A stretch of DNA of 64,000 nucleotides from Perkinsela sp. CCAP 1560/9 (Eukaryota > Protista > Euglenozoa: Kinetoplastea), in NCBI GenBank assembly GCA_965644495.1, contig CBFFSA010000007.1, positions 310,001 through 374,000 on the forward strand. Reading direction: 5' to 3'. The position numbers and the translations under genes were made by a program. Position 1 is the stretch's first letter, and each line of letters opens with the position of its first letter. Positions 33,277 to 44,433 of the stretch are shown in pieces. The notes beneath the pieces were generated by a model. It ran no database searches, was not told where the DNA came from, and saw nothing but the letters and a program-made list of their open reading frames with translations.

Positions 33277-34617
33277 ATGACACACTCTCTGCAAACGTCT
33301 GAGGTTTCTTCATGCAAAGATTTACACGAATTTATTCGAAAATGGAAAGAGGCGAAGAAGGAGCAAGGTGAACGCAAATATGAGCTAAATAAGCGGCGAA
33401 AGACACTTCGGAATGAACACAACCTTGTGGTCGGTTGGAGTAATGTGATCACTCTTAACGTCGGGGGTGTAACCCACACAACTCTACTCAGTACTCTACG
33501 AAACGGTAAATCCGCTTTTCTTACTCATTTGTTCTATCATGTCGCACCCGCTCATGTTTTCAGAGATGTAAAAGGAAACGTCTATTTTGACCGTGATGGT
33601 GAGCTCTTTGCTTTTATTCTTGACTACCTACGCGGATACGACCTACAGAAACTACGTCTGTCGCAACAACTCAATATACGCAGACTCGAAGAAGACATTG
33701 AATTTTACCAGGTACATGGCATGCGGGAAATGCTAGGACTGCAGAAAACTCCACCTACTTTCTTTTTACCTGGCCCAGGAGTCAGTGCCGATGGCGCACA
33801 GTACTGTTCCTCAGTCTCAGTAGTTCGACCAGACAGGGAATGGATGGATCTTTCCCATTGCGCTTGGCAGGAAACGGAGCAGAAGCCACATTCAACACTC
33901 CTGGAAATGTCGCAGTCCTTATTACACGGCGAGGCCGGTTCTTCAACAAAAGAAATAGAAACACGGGATCGAATCGTATCACACCACCCTCAATCCTGCA
34001 CAAACGACCGTAGTGTTCATATAAAACCAAAAGACGTGTTTCAGTTCCACGTTCGAGTTCTCCATTCCGAGGGCATTGGGGTCGGTGTGATTAGCCCCGA
34101 GCACAGCGGTGGAGGTAAAGATTTTTCCTCCACCCGTAACTGTGCGCTCTACTCCCACACGGGTTGTATCCACACCAACTTCCCCGAGCACAAACGAGAG
34201 CCCACGTTAGCCCCCCGCATCCAGAATGGGGATGTCATCGGGGTCACGCTGCGGCGCCGAACACGTTGTATTGAGTGGACTCGAAATGGTGAGATTGTGA
34301 GGTGTCTGCCTTTAGGGTCGGATACGAATAAACTGCGATTTGCAATTCGAGCCACAGCTCGTACCTCCGTGGCGCTTTGTGACGAGCGTCAATCTCACGA
34401 CGCAGCGGGGGACCATACAACTCGCCCACGTAATAGCTTTCGGAGAGAAACGACCAGAGGGAATCGAAGGTTAAGTCACACCGGGGGCTCGTTTCTGGAT
34501 GCTACCGTGCTTTCCATGATGCCGAATGCGAGTGCAATCGGAGATGTATTTAGTCCGAACTTTGAGGATGAAGTGGAAAGGACACGAGCGCAGGATATTT
34601 TTATAGTGAACCAGTAG
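33277..34617 (+). CDS. BTB/POZ (KCTD-like) plus SPRY-like domain protein
   Basis: VITLNVGG..TLLSTL..YFDRDGELFAFILDYLR; GDVIGVTL..IEWTRNG. Confidence 0.85.
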   Translation: MTHSLQTSEVSSCKDLHEFIRKWKEAKKEQGERKYELNKRRKTLRNEHNLVVGWSNVITLNVGGVTHTTLLSTLRNGKSAFLTHLFYHVAPAHVFRDVKGNVYFDRDGELFAFILDYLRGYDLQKLRLSQQLNIRRLEEDIEFYQVHGMREMLGLQKTPPTFFLPGPGVSADGAQYCSSVSVVRPDREWMDLSHCAWQETEQKPHSTLLEMSQSLLHGEAGSSTKEIETRDRIVSHHPQSCTNDRSVHIKPKDVFQFHVRVLHSEGIGVGVISPEHSGGGKDFSSTRNCALYSHTGCIHTNFPEHKREPTLAPRIQNGDVIGVTLRRRTRCIEWTRNGEIVRCLPLGSDTNKLRFAIRATARTSVALCDERQSHDAAGDHTTRPRNSFRRETTRGNRRLSHTGGSFLDATVLSMMPNASAIGDVFSPNFEDEVERTRAQDIFIVNQ

Positions 34618-35281
34618 TGCATATAAAAGAAAAGGCAAAGAAAAAAATCAAATACAAAAAAATGATGGAGATTGATATACATGGTGGAGATTGATGTACG
34701 TAAGGATCCAACGCTTAGTGGCGCATGGCTCTAGAGTCTTTCTTCTACTCCCATCCTTTTGACGGTATTGTCACTATGGGGGGTATTCCCTAGACTGCAC
34801 ATTTTGCTATCTTTACATGAATCTATCCGTGTATACCTGGACAAACCACCGTGATCTCACTATACTTCTTAACGAATTTCAATAGAGTCCGGGTTTTGTG
34901 TATGAAGTCTCCAACGCGTACTTAAGAACCCTTCCTTCACAAAATCATAATGAAAGACTGGGTGTCATAATACGCGAAGATTATGAGTGCCGTGCGTGTG
35001 CGTGGTAATGCATTATTTTCCCTCGTTACTGAAATGTAACCTCCATTGTCTGAAAACATTTCTATTGAATGATACTTTTCAATTCAGTTTGTTTCCAGCC
35101 ATTTCGTATCAAAGCGCTCCATAGTGAATGTAGAAAGTGTTCTAATAGAAAAATTTTAATGTGATTTTCCACAATAATCCTACGGCAAACAGTATAGTCG
35201 TATAGTTAATTTTTCTGAAGTGAATGTTCAATGATTTCTCCCGGAACCAGATGTCTTCTGGATAGCCCCTAGATAGAGCGA

Positions 35282-36298
35282 ATGAGTGCGACATCTTCCA
35301 TTGGAGCCAGTGTCTGTCATTTTGAGAACCTGGTAGCAAAAGAGTGCCTTGAAAGCAAAGAAAACGGGAGAGAGGTATCTCCCGTTGTCAAGAACACCTC
35401 GAATCCTGTCCCCTGGAGACGAGCCCTGTACTATCAGCAGCCCTTTTCAGATAACTACGTACCCCCTATCTTTTTACGCGACATGAAAATGAACGAGAAT
35501 GTGCGGTACTATCATTACTGGCAAATTGTTCGGAATACAGGTGTTATCGTGCAGCAACTTTCCCTTCTAGTGGTTTTTGCCACTGTTTTTCAGCACCTTA
35601 TTGTTGGAACGATTTCCGCCGATCTATTAGTTATTATTAATGTGATCTTTATCTCATTGTGGATGCTATGGCTCCTTTTAACGTACGGAAAGGCTGCTGT
35701 TCACCTGTATGAGCAACTTCGCGTTCTCACTGTGTTCACTGTGGTTTTGCTGTATCTCAGTCCTGTGATACATACCCTTACGTTAACTTACAGTGGTGAT
35801 ACAATTTGGGCACTTTCTTTATTGTTTCTTGTGGTCCATATGATATGCTTTGATTACTCAGCAGTGGGTGTGGATACGGAGAATCGTCACCCCCGCACAA
35901 CGATGATGGCAGTTTCCACTAATTCTGCTGTATTCGCTGCGGTGGTAATGGCATCTCGCCTTCCTACTTTCGCCCACACCTTTTCATTTTTAGGTTTTTC
36001 AATGATTCTTTTTGCTATGACGCCAACAATGCGACGTGTCCTTCACCAAACGAGTCGGGAGGGCTTTATTGGCGTTAGCTACTTACTGTGTGGCCTTTCC
36101 TTAGGATTCTTATTAGATATCAGACCAGCGCTAGCGGCCATTTATTTTGCAGTGGTGATGGGGATAACGTTTCTTTTGCCCCAATGTCTAATGCTAATGC
36201 AGGGTTTAAAGGCTCAAATCAATGGGCCGTGGGATGAAGCAGTGCCGCGAAATAGCGCATCAGCCGAAGAATTTAGGAACGTCGGATTCTTCGATTAA
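35282..36298 (+). CDS. GPI2: GPI-GlcNAc transferase subunit PIG-C/GPI2
   Basis: WRRALYYQQPFSDNYV, LSPVIHTLT...DTIWA, STNSAVFAAVVMASRL, INGPWDEA. Confidence 0.93.
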   Translation: MSATSSIGASVCHFENLVAKECLESKENGREVSPVVKNTSNPVPWRRALYYQQPFSDNYVPPIFLRDMKMNENVRYYHYWQIVRNTGVIVQQLSLLVVFATVFQHLIVGTISADLLVIINVIFISLWMLWLLLTYGKAAVHLYEQLRVLTVFTVVLLYLSPVIHTLTLTYSGDTIWALSLLFLVVHMICFDYSAVGVDTENRHPRTTMMAVSTNSAVFAAVVMASRLPTFAHTFSFLGFSMILFAMTPTMRRVLHQTSREGFIGVSYLLCGLSLGFLLDIRPALAAIYFAVVMGITFLLPQCLMLMQGLKAQINGPWDEAVPRNSASAEEFRNVGFFD

Positions 36299-36530
36299 TA
36301 ATTATAAAGTTCGAAACTATTGCATAAAGTATTTCATGTCTGTCAAAGTATTTTATACAGTTGTATAAAGTATTAGGTGTCATATTACAAGCATGTATTT
36401 TCTTCAAGCAGAGTAACCTGCTGAAAAAAATCGAAATTATTGCTGTACAGATTTTCCCGTACAACTAGAATTCACTCAGAATTCCTCTGTACTTAGAATT
36501 CACATAGAACCTTTAAGGTAGAGTAAATAG

Positions 36531-37646
36531 ATGACTAAGATGAAGCGAAAGGTGAGCAGCACAAATTCTCGAAGCAAAAAAAGAAACAGCGATGCAGTTA
36601 CAAAAAGCACAGAGCCCGAATCTACCAACCTTCTTGCCGAGTATCTTACACCCTCTTTTTCTTCTGAAGTGCACATAAAAAGGAGCGAATTTGTTTTACG
36701 TGTTACGTTACACCGTATTCCACATCAGTACATTGAAGTAGAAGTAGACGCTAATCAAGGTATTCACGTTTCCACGGCGAAGTACACCAAGAAGTACGAT
36801 CTAAAGGTTCCCTTTCCGAGTGACGTTAAAGTTGGAAGCGTAGATCAAAGCACCTCTGAACATGACCGATGCGGAGTCCTGACGATTCGTGTTCCTTTGT
36901 CTAACATAGGAGAATCGCATTTGAAAAAGCATCAGGATATAAGAGATAAAATGCGACAAGCGCGTTTCCTCAGATTTCAAGAAACCGATGAAGGGGGGAT
37001 GCATATGCGCACTAGACTTGTAAATCTGAAGAAACAGATGCGTAGTCGGAAACCGCTTCAGAACGATCTTGAAGGAAAGGATGTCGATTCATCTTCTGTC
37101 CATAATGATAAAAAGCACATTTTGAGTCATACTGTGCAGCTCTCGAATGATTTACCCCTTGCGGGGCCTGCCGAACAGGGTACGTGGGAATTTTCTACCG
37201 CGACTCCTTTCAATGCTGAATCATCCAATGCTGAAGTGAAGACAAACCATGCTGATAAAACTTCTGCACCTCTGGGCTCTCGTCGCAAGGAATTCGTCGT
37301 TGACAAAGAACAAACAATTGCGTTAATGAACGAAGTAAATCAGAATACTGAACTGACCCGTGAAAAAAAGGTGCAAAAAATGGAAGAAATGAGACGTAAA
37401 CGAAGAGAACTATTGGAATTACGCTCCGATCGCAAACAGAAACAGTCAAACGCAGCACGTGATGCCTACCAAAAAGTTATTGAAGAAAAGAAGGCACACT
37501 TACAAAAAATGATGAACTATGTAAAACCGAAGGCAAAAGTTCAGGAGAACAACCCTCCTCCTACCGCATCTCTGTCGACGGACACGAGCACTACGAAAAA
37601 GAAAAAACGAGTTTCCTTTCGCATTGACAACGAAGATACTCAATAA
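36531..37646 (+). CDS. Hypothetical basic protein (possible HSP20/CS-like fold plus coiled coil)
   Basis: 371-aa ORF on the coding strand; GVLTIRVP; C-terminal KKKKRVSF (NLS / PP1-docking-like). Confidence 0.65.
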   Translation: MTKMKRKVSSTNSRSKKRNSDAVTKSTEPESTNLLAEYLTPSFSSEVHIKRSEFVLRVTLHRIPHQYIEVEVDANQGIHVSTAKYTKKYDLKVPFPSDVKVGSVDQSTSEHDRCGVLTIRVPLSNIGESHLKKHQDIRDKMRQARFLRFQETDEGGMHMRTRLVNLKKQMRSRKPLQNDLEGKDVDSSSVHNDKKHILSHTVQLSNDLPLAGPAEQGTWEFSTATPFNAESSNAEVKTNHADKTSAPLGSRRKEFVVDKEQTIALMNEVNQNTELTREKKVQKMEEMRRKRRELLELRSDRKQKQSNAARDAYQKVIEEKKAHLQKMMNYVKPKAKVQENNPPPTASLSTDTSTTKKKKRVSFRIDNEDTQ

Positions 37647-37989
37647 CGGGCATCACTTATCGGTACTACCTTCATAGTACGGTTCACTAAAATTTAAAAG
37701 AATAAATTCGAACAAAACAATTTCACCACAGGAACTAACGCCTTAGAAACTCCTAAAATCTTTGATTTCTATTCAATTTTCCAGTTATCAACTCATACCC
37801 CTCTAGGTATCACTCTAATTACCACTCTCCTCTCTCCTTCAATCGATAGTTCTCAAAATGAATTCAACCCCTTTTTTTTTCCCTTTTGTCAAAAATCCCT
37901 TGTTGTTTTCTGTAGATTCATCTCTTTATCTTGTTCATCTTATTTGACTATTTTCTACTCCTCCACATACAAATCGATCATCTTCTTTT

Positions 37990-38883
37990 ATGCGCGGCGG
38001 ATTCCAAAGTCGAGGCGGTCCTCCACGGGGGGGAGGCCGTGGGGGTCGAGGCGGTGGAGGTCGAGGCGGGGGTCGGGGCTCGGGCTTCGGAGGTCGTGGA
38101 GGCCGTGGGGGTGGACGCGGGGGTGTAGGCTTCAAAGGGGGTGCCCAGACAGTCGTCGTCCCCCACCTTCGACACCCTGGCATCTTTATTGTCAAAGGCA
38201 AACAGGACGTGCTGGCGACGCTGAACTACGTCCCCGGGGTGGCGGTGTATGGGGAGAAACGGGTTGATGTGTCCACCCAAGACCCGGATGGGGAGACAGT
38301 GAAGAAGGAGTACCGTATGTGGAATCCGTACCGTAGTAAACTCGCCGCAGCGATTTACAATGGCGTGGAGCGGGCGTATATCGCGCCAGGCTCGTCGGTG
38401 CTATACTTGGGTGCCGCCAGCGGGACCACAGTCTCGCATGTAAGTGATATTGTAGGGACGGAGGGAATGGTCTACGCGGTGGAGTTCTCCCAACGGGTGG
38501 GGCGTGATCTAGTGGAGATGTGTAAGAAGCGGCCGAATGTGGTACCTATTATTGAGGACGCGCGACACCCGTGGAAGTATCGTATGTTGGTGAATATGGT
38601 GGATTGTATCTTCATGGATGTAGCTCAACCGGATCAGGCGCGGATTCTAGCGCTCAATGCGCAGTATTTTCTAAAGAACGAAGGTCATTACGTTATCTCT
38701 ATTAAGGCGAATTGCATCGACTCAACACTCGCGGCACCGGTAGTATTTGCTAAGGAAGTTGAGTCTTTGAAGAAGGATGGACTGAAACCAAAGGAGCAAG
38801 TCACCCTAGAGCCCTTCGAGAGGGATCACGCTGTAGTTTGTGGTAAGTACCGGGTTCTTAAAAAGGATAAAAAGGCTGTGTAA
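37990..38883 (+). CDS. NOP1: Fibrillarin
   Basis: GAR domain, [47 protein letters not shown]. Confidence 0.98.
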   Translation: MRGGFQSRGGPPRGGGRGGRGGGGRGGGRGSGFGGRGGRGGGRGGVGFKGGAQTVVVPHLRHPGIFIVKGKQDVLATLNYVPGVAVYGEKRVDVSTQDPDGETVKKEYRMWNPYRSKLAAAIYNGVERAYIAPGSSVLYLGAASGTTVSHVSDIVGTEGMVYAVEFSQRVGRDLVEMCKKRPNVVPIIEDARHPWKYRMLVNMVDCIFMDVAQPDQARILALNAQYFLKNEGHYVISIKANCIDSTLAAPVVFAKEVESLKKDGLKPKEQVTLEPFERDHAVVCGKYRVLKKDKKAV

Positions 38884-39215
38884 TGAATGTTTCGATTTTG
38901 CATAAACTTGTTTCTTCACACTAAATGTTACAGGAGCGAGATGTGTTGAAATTATATTACATACAAGTGGTATATACAAGCGTTGTAACAACGCTTGGTG
39001 GTGTCACGTGCCACAACTTCTGGTTTCATTAAAAATGTAGAATAAATGCCACAGATGCTGTTAGTTTCTTTTTATACTTTTCGTGTACAGTAGATGTTGG
39101 AACCGTTATTTGGTGTCAACAGCCACTCCTGAACCTACTCGTATGGTCATCAATGCGGCTAATTTATGGGGTTTCACATCTGGTATATCATTTTGTTAAA
39201 GAAATTTCTTCTTGA

Positions 39216-40613
39216 ATGTCTAGCAATACAATTGTACTTCCTTCAGCCAGCGATTGGAATCTCTACGCGGCGAAAGTGACGGGAGAGGTAGCCACAGATG
39301 CGGTTCCTGTAGATACTCAAACACTTCCCACTGACTCACATCAACCATTTCCTTCTCCTTCCTGGAATCCACACTATACACGCGATTCTTCCGATGATAC
39401 AAAGTTTAACCTTTCAAGTGGATTTGCAACGGGGTTAGAGAACGCCATTCGTAGAAGTAATAACATCCATGATGTGTCCCCGTTCCTTTCTACGGTACCA
39501 ACTGCTTCATTGCCTTCTTCGTTGTGCAAAGTGACTTACGATATACTTTGTGATGTTTGGGCATGCGATAAAGCGCGTTATTTTCATTCTGCTTTTCGTA
39601 CCATACGTGCAACTCTCATATTGGGAGTAAATTTTGGTGTAAGCTGTGGATCAAACCACATGGAAAAAAGTGATGAAAAGAACTCGCAAGCCATGGAGTT
39701 GAATCTTGCGTGGCTTGAAAATGCAATTATTTACGTCCTAGAGCAAGCACTGCTGACCAATTACTTATCTACAGACATCGCAACTAGCGCGCGTCAAATT
39801 TGGCAGAGCATGCCGGAGATTTGGCACAAGCATGGCATAACTCCACAGCGTCCGTACTTAAGATACGGCAACTCTATCAGAGAGCTGGAAAAATTTCACA
39901 AGACTCTTAGCCCCCCCGTCGAGGAGGATAAATATTCACCTAAACACCTCTATCATGCTGTTAAAAGTTTCGATGTCGATCATGGCAATACCTTCGGCTC
40001 AGGAGTTGATGCCATTCCAGGGTATAGCAAAGTTGTTCCTTTTCCAATGGACCTGATTAGGATCGACGCTTCGGTTAAGGCGGGCACAGAATACGCTACA
40101 GTATACGACCTGTTCCATGACGTACAACTGATGCTCACTAACGGCAAAATTTACAATGCACCAGATACCCCATACTACTCTCGATCTGCAAAACTGGAGA
40201 CGTTTCTGAAGAGATACATGGATGATCTCTTTGACGGCCATGTAACTGATGAATCGCTTTCTCTTTCTGAGGGGAGCTCGTTCCGTGCCCATTATCAAAC
40301 CTACTTAAAACAGAGAGTACTATGCGCCCGACTGCGGCTTGGAAATAAAGAGCCGCTCTCCGCACTACCAAAGAAAATCACAAAATACGTCGAGAAGGTA
40401 AAAAATATTCTAGAGCGTGAGTGGTATCATTCGGACTCGGATGCAGATAGCATCCACCTTGATTTCTCATGTATTGAATGCGTCATCCTTGATGAATTGT
40501 GTGACATAGAACTCGAAAGCGTTGAACACATGGTGCGTCAAGTACTACGTATTACACCACAGGGTCGCATGTACCTCAATACTCATCCCTTTTTCACGCA
40601 GTCTCAAAAATAG
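39216..40613 (+). CDS. Bromodomain-containing protein
   Basis: IPGYSKVVPFPMDL..DVQLMLTNGKIYN..TPYY. Confidence 0.8.
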   Translation: MSSNTIVLPSASDWNLYAAKVTGEVATDAVPVDTQTLPTDSHQPFPSPSWNPHYTRDSSDDTKFNLSSGFATGLENAIRRSNNIHDVSPFLSTVPTASLPSSLCKVTYDILCDVWACDKARYFHSAFRTIRATLILGVNFGVSCGSNHMEKSDEKNSQAMELNLAWLENAIIYVLEQALLTNYLSTDIATSARQIWQSMPEIWHKHGITPQRPYLRYGNSIRELEKFHKTLSPPVEEDKYSPKHLYHAVKSFDVDHGNTFGSGVDAIPGYSKVVPFPMDLIRIDASVKAGTEYATVYDLFHDVQLMLTNGKIYNAPDTPYYSRSAKLETFLKRYMDDLFDGHVTDESLSLSEGSSFRAHYQTYLKQRVLCARLRLGNKEPLSALPKKITKYVEKVKNILEREWYHSDSDADSIHLDFSCIECVILDELCDIELESVEHMVRQVLRITPQGRMYLNTHPFFTQSQK

Positions 40614-40894
40614 AAGGTAATCTGGGTGATGTAAAGGTTCTGTGATTCATCTTGGTGACAAAAACCTTAATCTTTGTCTTATTGCGCTTTGAAGCGCTAC
40701 CATTGTAGTTCGTATTTTTGGTAGTTATCTAACAATGACATCACATTTTGATAGTGCCAAAAACAATATCGGATGTCTATTCTAACTCGAATTATTTTAA
40801 CGGAACGTATTACCGTTAACAAAATAGTGATGAGCATTAAGCTTTGTTGTTATACATGAAATAGTTAGTTTTAGTAGAAGCTGGAACACTTTTA

Positions 40895-41380
40895 ATGACT
40901 GTGCAATCCGCCGATCAAGAGCTAATTCAGGTGCAGGTTATCTTAGCTGCACAGCGGTTTGTCGAAAAGTACTACAAGACCATCGATACGGAAGATGCCG
41001 AAAAACGACTTCGTGATATGATCGCGATGTATGCCAATCCAGGAAGTGTGATAATCTGGAATGGACACACAAGTTTGTCTGCCCCATCGCCCCATGACTT
41101 TGTAAAAATGATGTTAGAGGTAATGCCACCAACTAAGCACACAATTCAAAACGTGGATGCACTTCCCTTGCCAGGATGCGTTGGTGGAGATGTCTTTATT
41201 GCCCACGTGGTTGGGTCCGTTGTCTACGACAAGGATCATTTTCGCACCTTTTATCACAGTTTTATTATACGAACGTTTGAGGGTAGGACCTATGTCATGG
41301 AGGACGATTTCAGGTGGACAGGTGAAAAAGCTGAAAAGAAGAAAGCCCATATGCATTATGGCTACCCTCCACGACGGTGA
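40895..41380 (+). CDS. NTF2-like export factor (NXT1/Mtr2-like)
   Basis: AQRFVEKYYKTID, IIWNG, MPPTKHTI..VDALP, VVGSVVY, YVMEDDFRW. Confidence 0.8.
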   Translation: MTVQSADQELIQVQVILAAQRFVEKYYKTIDTEDAEKRLRDMIAMYANPGSVIIWNGHTSLSAPSPHDFVKMMLEVMPPTKHTIQNVDALPLPGCVGGDVFIAHVVGSVVYDKDHFRTFYHSFIIRTFEGRTYVMEDDFRWTGEKAEKKKAHMHYGYPPRR

Positions 41381-41666
41381 TGTACCAAATACGACTAGGA
41401 GAACACTATGAGAGTTTGAGGTTTACCGGGGGCAGTGTACTATCGTATGCTTACCAACTTCATGTCCTAATACTATCATACACACAAGAGTAATTGCACG
41501 ATTTGGGTGTGCAAAAGTCAAAGCTATATTCACTATTTCTCGGTCGCCGCGTTACAATCAATGGGTAATAAAACAATGTACACAATGTTTCAAGTCCATG
41601 AATAACACTACCTTTCACTCCAACACTTAAGGTCTTCTTTTCTACACCAAAACCATCCTTTTCTAC

Positions 41667-42968
41667 ATGTCACGAATCTCTGGCTTACACGCCCGCGAGG
41701 TGCTTGACTCCCGCGGAAACCCCACCATCGAGGTAGAGCTCACCACCTCCATGGGCATCTTCCGCTCCAGCGTCCCCTCCGGGGCCTCCACCGGAATCTA
41801 CGAAGCCTGTGAGCTCCGCGACCAGGACCCCACCCGGTTCGCCGGCAAAGGTGTCCGCCACGCCGTACAAAACGTCACCGAGCTCCTCGCCCCCGCCCTC
41901 ATCGGCAAGGAGGTCACCCAACAGTCGCAGCTCGACGCCCTCATGCGCACCCTCGACGGCACCGCGAACAAATCCAAAATCGGCGCCAACGCGATCCTGG
42001 GGGTTTCCATGTCGATCTCCCGCGCCGCCGCGGCCCACCAAGGCCTCCCGCTCTACGAGTACCTCGCGAGACTCGCGGGGAACACCGACCTGCGTCTCCC
42101 GGTGCCGTGTTTCAACGTAATCAACGGCGGCCGCCACGCCGGCAACCCGCTCCCCTTCCAGGAGTTCATGGTGGCCCCCGCGAGGGCACTCTCCTACCGC
42201 GAGGGGCTCCGCATGGGCGCCGAGATCTACCAAACCCTGAAACGCCTTCTCCACGGCAGGTACGGCCCCGAGGCCGTGAATGTGGGCGACGAAGGGGGGT
42301 TCGCGCCCCCGCTCAACGACACCGAGGCGCTGAAGGTGTTGGTGGAGGCCATCGAGGCCGCGGGGTACGCCGGGAAGTGCGTGATCTGTGTGGACTGCGC
42401 GGCCTCGGAGATGTACGACCCCGCGACGGGGCGGTACGATTTGAACTTTAAAGGGTCCCCCGCGGAGGCGGTGGGGGCGGGGGTGCTGCAGGAGAAGTAC
42501 CTGCGGTGGACGCGGGAGTACCCCGTGGGGTCGATTGAGGATCCGTTCGATCAGGATGACTGGGCGGGGTGGAGTGGGCTGACGAGGGCGATGAGTGGAC
42601 GCGCGCAGGTGGTGACGGATGACCTGACGGTGACGAATGTGGAGCGGATTGAGAGGGCGATTGAGGAGAAGGCGGGGAGTGCGCTGCTGCTGAAGATTAA
42701 CCAAATCGGTTCCATCACGGAGAGCATTCAGGCGTGGCGGCTATGTGTGTCAAAAGGGTGGAATGTGATGGTGTCCCATCGGAGTGGGGAGACGGAGGAC
42801 ACATTTATCGCTGACCTCGCCGTGGGACTTGGTACGGGGCAGATTAAAACGGGCGCTCCTTGCCGAGGTGAACGGACCGCGAAGCTCAACCAGTTGTTGC
42901 GCATTGAAGAGGAGTTGGGCGGCTCCGCGAAGTACGGGTGTCCTTCTTGGAAGGTGGCCAATAATTAA
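41667..42968 (+). CDS. ENO: Enolase
   Basis: [55 protein letters not shown]. Confidence 0.98.
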   Translation: MSRISGLHAREVLDSRGNPTIEVELTTSMGIFRSSVPSGASTGIYEACELRDQDPTRFAGKGVRHAVQNVTELLAPALIGKEVTQQSQLDALMRTLDGTANKSKIGANAILGVSMSISRAAAAHQGLPLYEYLARLAGNTDLRLPVPCFNVINGGRHAGNPLPFQEFMVAPARALSYREGLRMGAEIYQTLKRLLHGRYGPEAVNVGDEGGFAPPLNDTEALKVLVEAIEAAGYAGKCVICVDCAASEMYDPATGRYDLNFKGSPAEAVGAGVLQEKYLRWTREYPVGSIEDPFDQDDWAGWSGLTRAMSGRAQVVTDDLTVTNVERIERAIEEKAGSALLLKINQIGSITESIQAWRLCVSKGWNVMVSHRSGETEDTFIADLAVGLGTGQIKTGAPCRGERTAKLNQLLRIEEELGGSAKYGCPSWKVANN

Positions 42969-43416
42969 GCGCCTCTCTCAATGTGAGATTATAGATTTGG
43001 CGTAGAAAATATGTGGTGCTCGACCTCCATGAATGTTTTATAGATATTGGAGCAATCCGCGTAATGGTGTTTCGTTTTGACAGGACTAGAACTTCATGCT
43101 GGGCTTTTTTAAACGCTATGCGCGTTCTTAACTAGAGATAATTCTTACGTCTGAAGATCTTTTTAAGTTCTCTTGACACTGGGCATCGCGTGTGGGCATA
43201 TTTTGCTATTTTTTGGGACTTCTGAGTTCGGAAGACTGAAACCTATGTGAATAAAAGAAAGTACACTAACCTTTGCTCTATTGATAACCCGAGAACGTTA
43301 GTGAATAGTAGGGGTATGTATTCCCGCTTTAGAAATGTACGTATCATGTTTTGCTACCTCATTCTAAAATTTTACAGCCTATTTTTCTCATAAATTTCCC
43401 ACATTTCCCCATCCCC

Positions 43417-44400
43417 ATGACTACCTTATTCTCCCCCGGGGAGATCGCCTACGTACAGCAAAGCGTGGAACAAAACATGCGCAGCGACGGCCGAAGTCGT
43501 ACCCAAATCCGCCACGCGGATATCTCCGTCGGGGTCATCTCCCGCGCCTACGGCAGTTCCCACGTCACCCTGGGCGAGGGCACGGAAGTCCTCGTCGGGG
43601 TCTACGGTGAGATTATCCCCAACCCCGAGGGCTCGCTCAGTATCCACGTCGATTGCACCCCCGCGGTCACCACCTGCTACGCCGCCGGCTCCTCCACCTC
43701 CTCCCTCTACCTCGCAAAAGAGGTTTTCACCCACCAACTCAGTTCCCATCTTAACGCGCTCTACGCCAGTGCCCCGCGAGAGCGCTCGGAGCTGATTCTC
43801 ATCCCCGGGGGGATCTCTCCGGGTTCCCCAGCCGTCTCTCGGCCCTCTCCCTGGCCGATTCAGCCCGACCCCTCGAGACTTTCGCTCTTCCAAAGCTTAA
43901 GGCTCTCGGCGGACACCGCGTGGGGGCTAAAAATCGATCTCTCCGTCATGGCAAGCCTTGGGGGGAATGTCCCGCTCGGGGCGACGCTGGCCCTTAAGGC
44001 CGCGCTGTGTGACACGAGACTGCCGAGGGTGGAGGGGGCGTTGGTGGGGGGAGAGGCCCGGTTGGTCCAGGAGGATCGACGGGCGCTGGGCGGGGCGTGG
44101 GAGGTCCCGCTGAGTACGCTGGTGCTGTGTACCCCGGCGCACTATGTCGTGGACCCGACGTTGCAGGAGGAGTCGGTGCCGGCGACGGGGGTTTTGGTGA
44201 GTACGGACCCCGGGGGGGAGATTTGGGGGGTGCAGACGACAGCGCTGGGGACACGGACGCAGAGTCCCGGGCCGTTGCCGGCGCAGGATTTGTTGTGCGT
44301 GGTGAGGGAGGCACCGGGGATGCTGCAAGCGGCACATGAGGAGCTGGAAGCGAGGCTGGGTCGTGGGAAAGGAGGGTCGGAGGGGAGTAGTGAGGCGTAG
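43417..44400 (+). CDS. Exosome RNase PH-like subunit (RRP42-like)
   Basis: RSDGRSRTQIR, AYGSSHVTLG.GTEVLVGV, AALCDTRLP, VVDPTLQEE. Confidence 0.8.
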   Translation: MTTLFSPGEIAYVQQSVEQNMRSDGRSRTQIRHADISVGVISRAYGSSHVTLGEGTEVLVGVYGEIIPNPEGSLSIHVDCTPAVTTCYAAGSSTSSLYLAKEVFTHQLSSHLNALYASAPRERSELILIPGGISPGSPAVSRPSPWPIQPDPSRLSLFQSLRLSADTAWGLKIDLSVMASLGGNVPLGATLALKAALCDTRLPRVEGALVGGEARLVQEDRRALGGAWEVPLSTLVLCTPAHYVVDPTLQEESVPATGVLVSTDPGGEIWGVQTTALGTRTQSPGPLPAQDLLCVVREAPGMLQAAHEELEARLGRGKGGSEGSSEA

Positions 44401-44433
44401 AGCTGTAGTGTGAGGTTTTGCGCAGGATAAATA

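Noticed and set aside
41685-42704. 339-aa antisense ORF over enolase (and similar ORFs over RRP42 and RPL19)
   Set aside because: Expected by-product of very high third-position GC; low-complexity product opposite a conserved gene.
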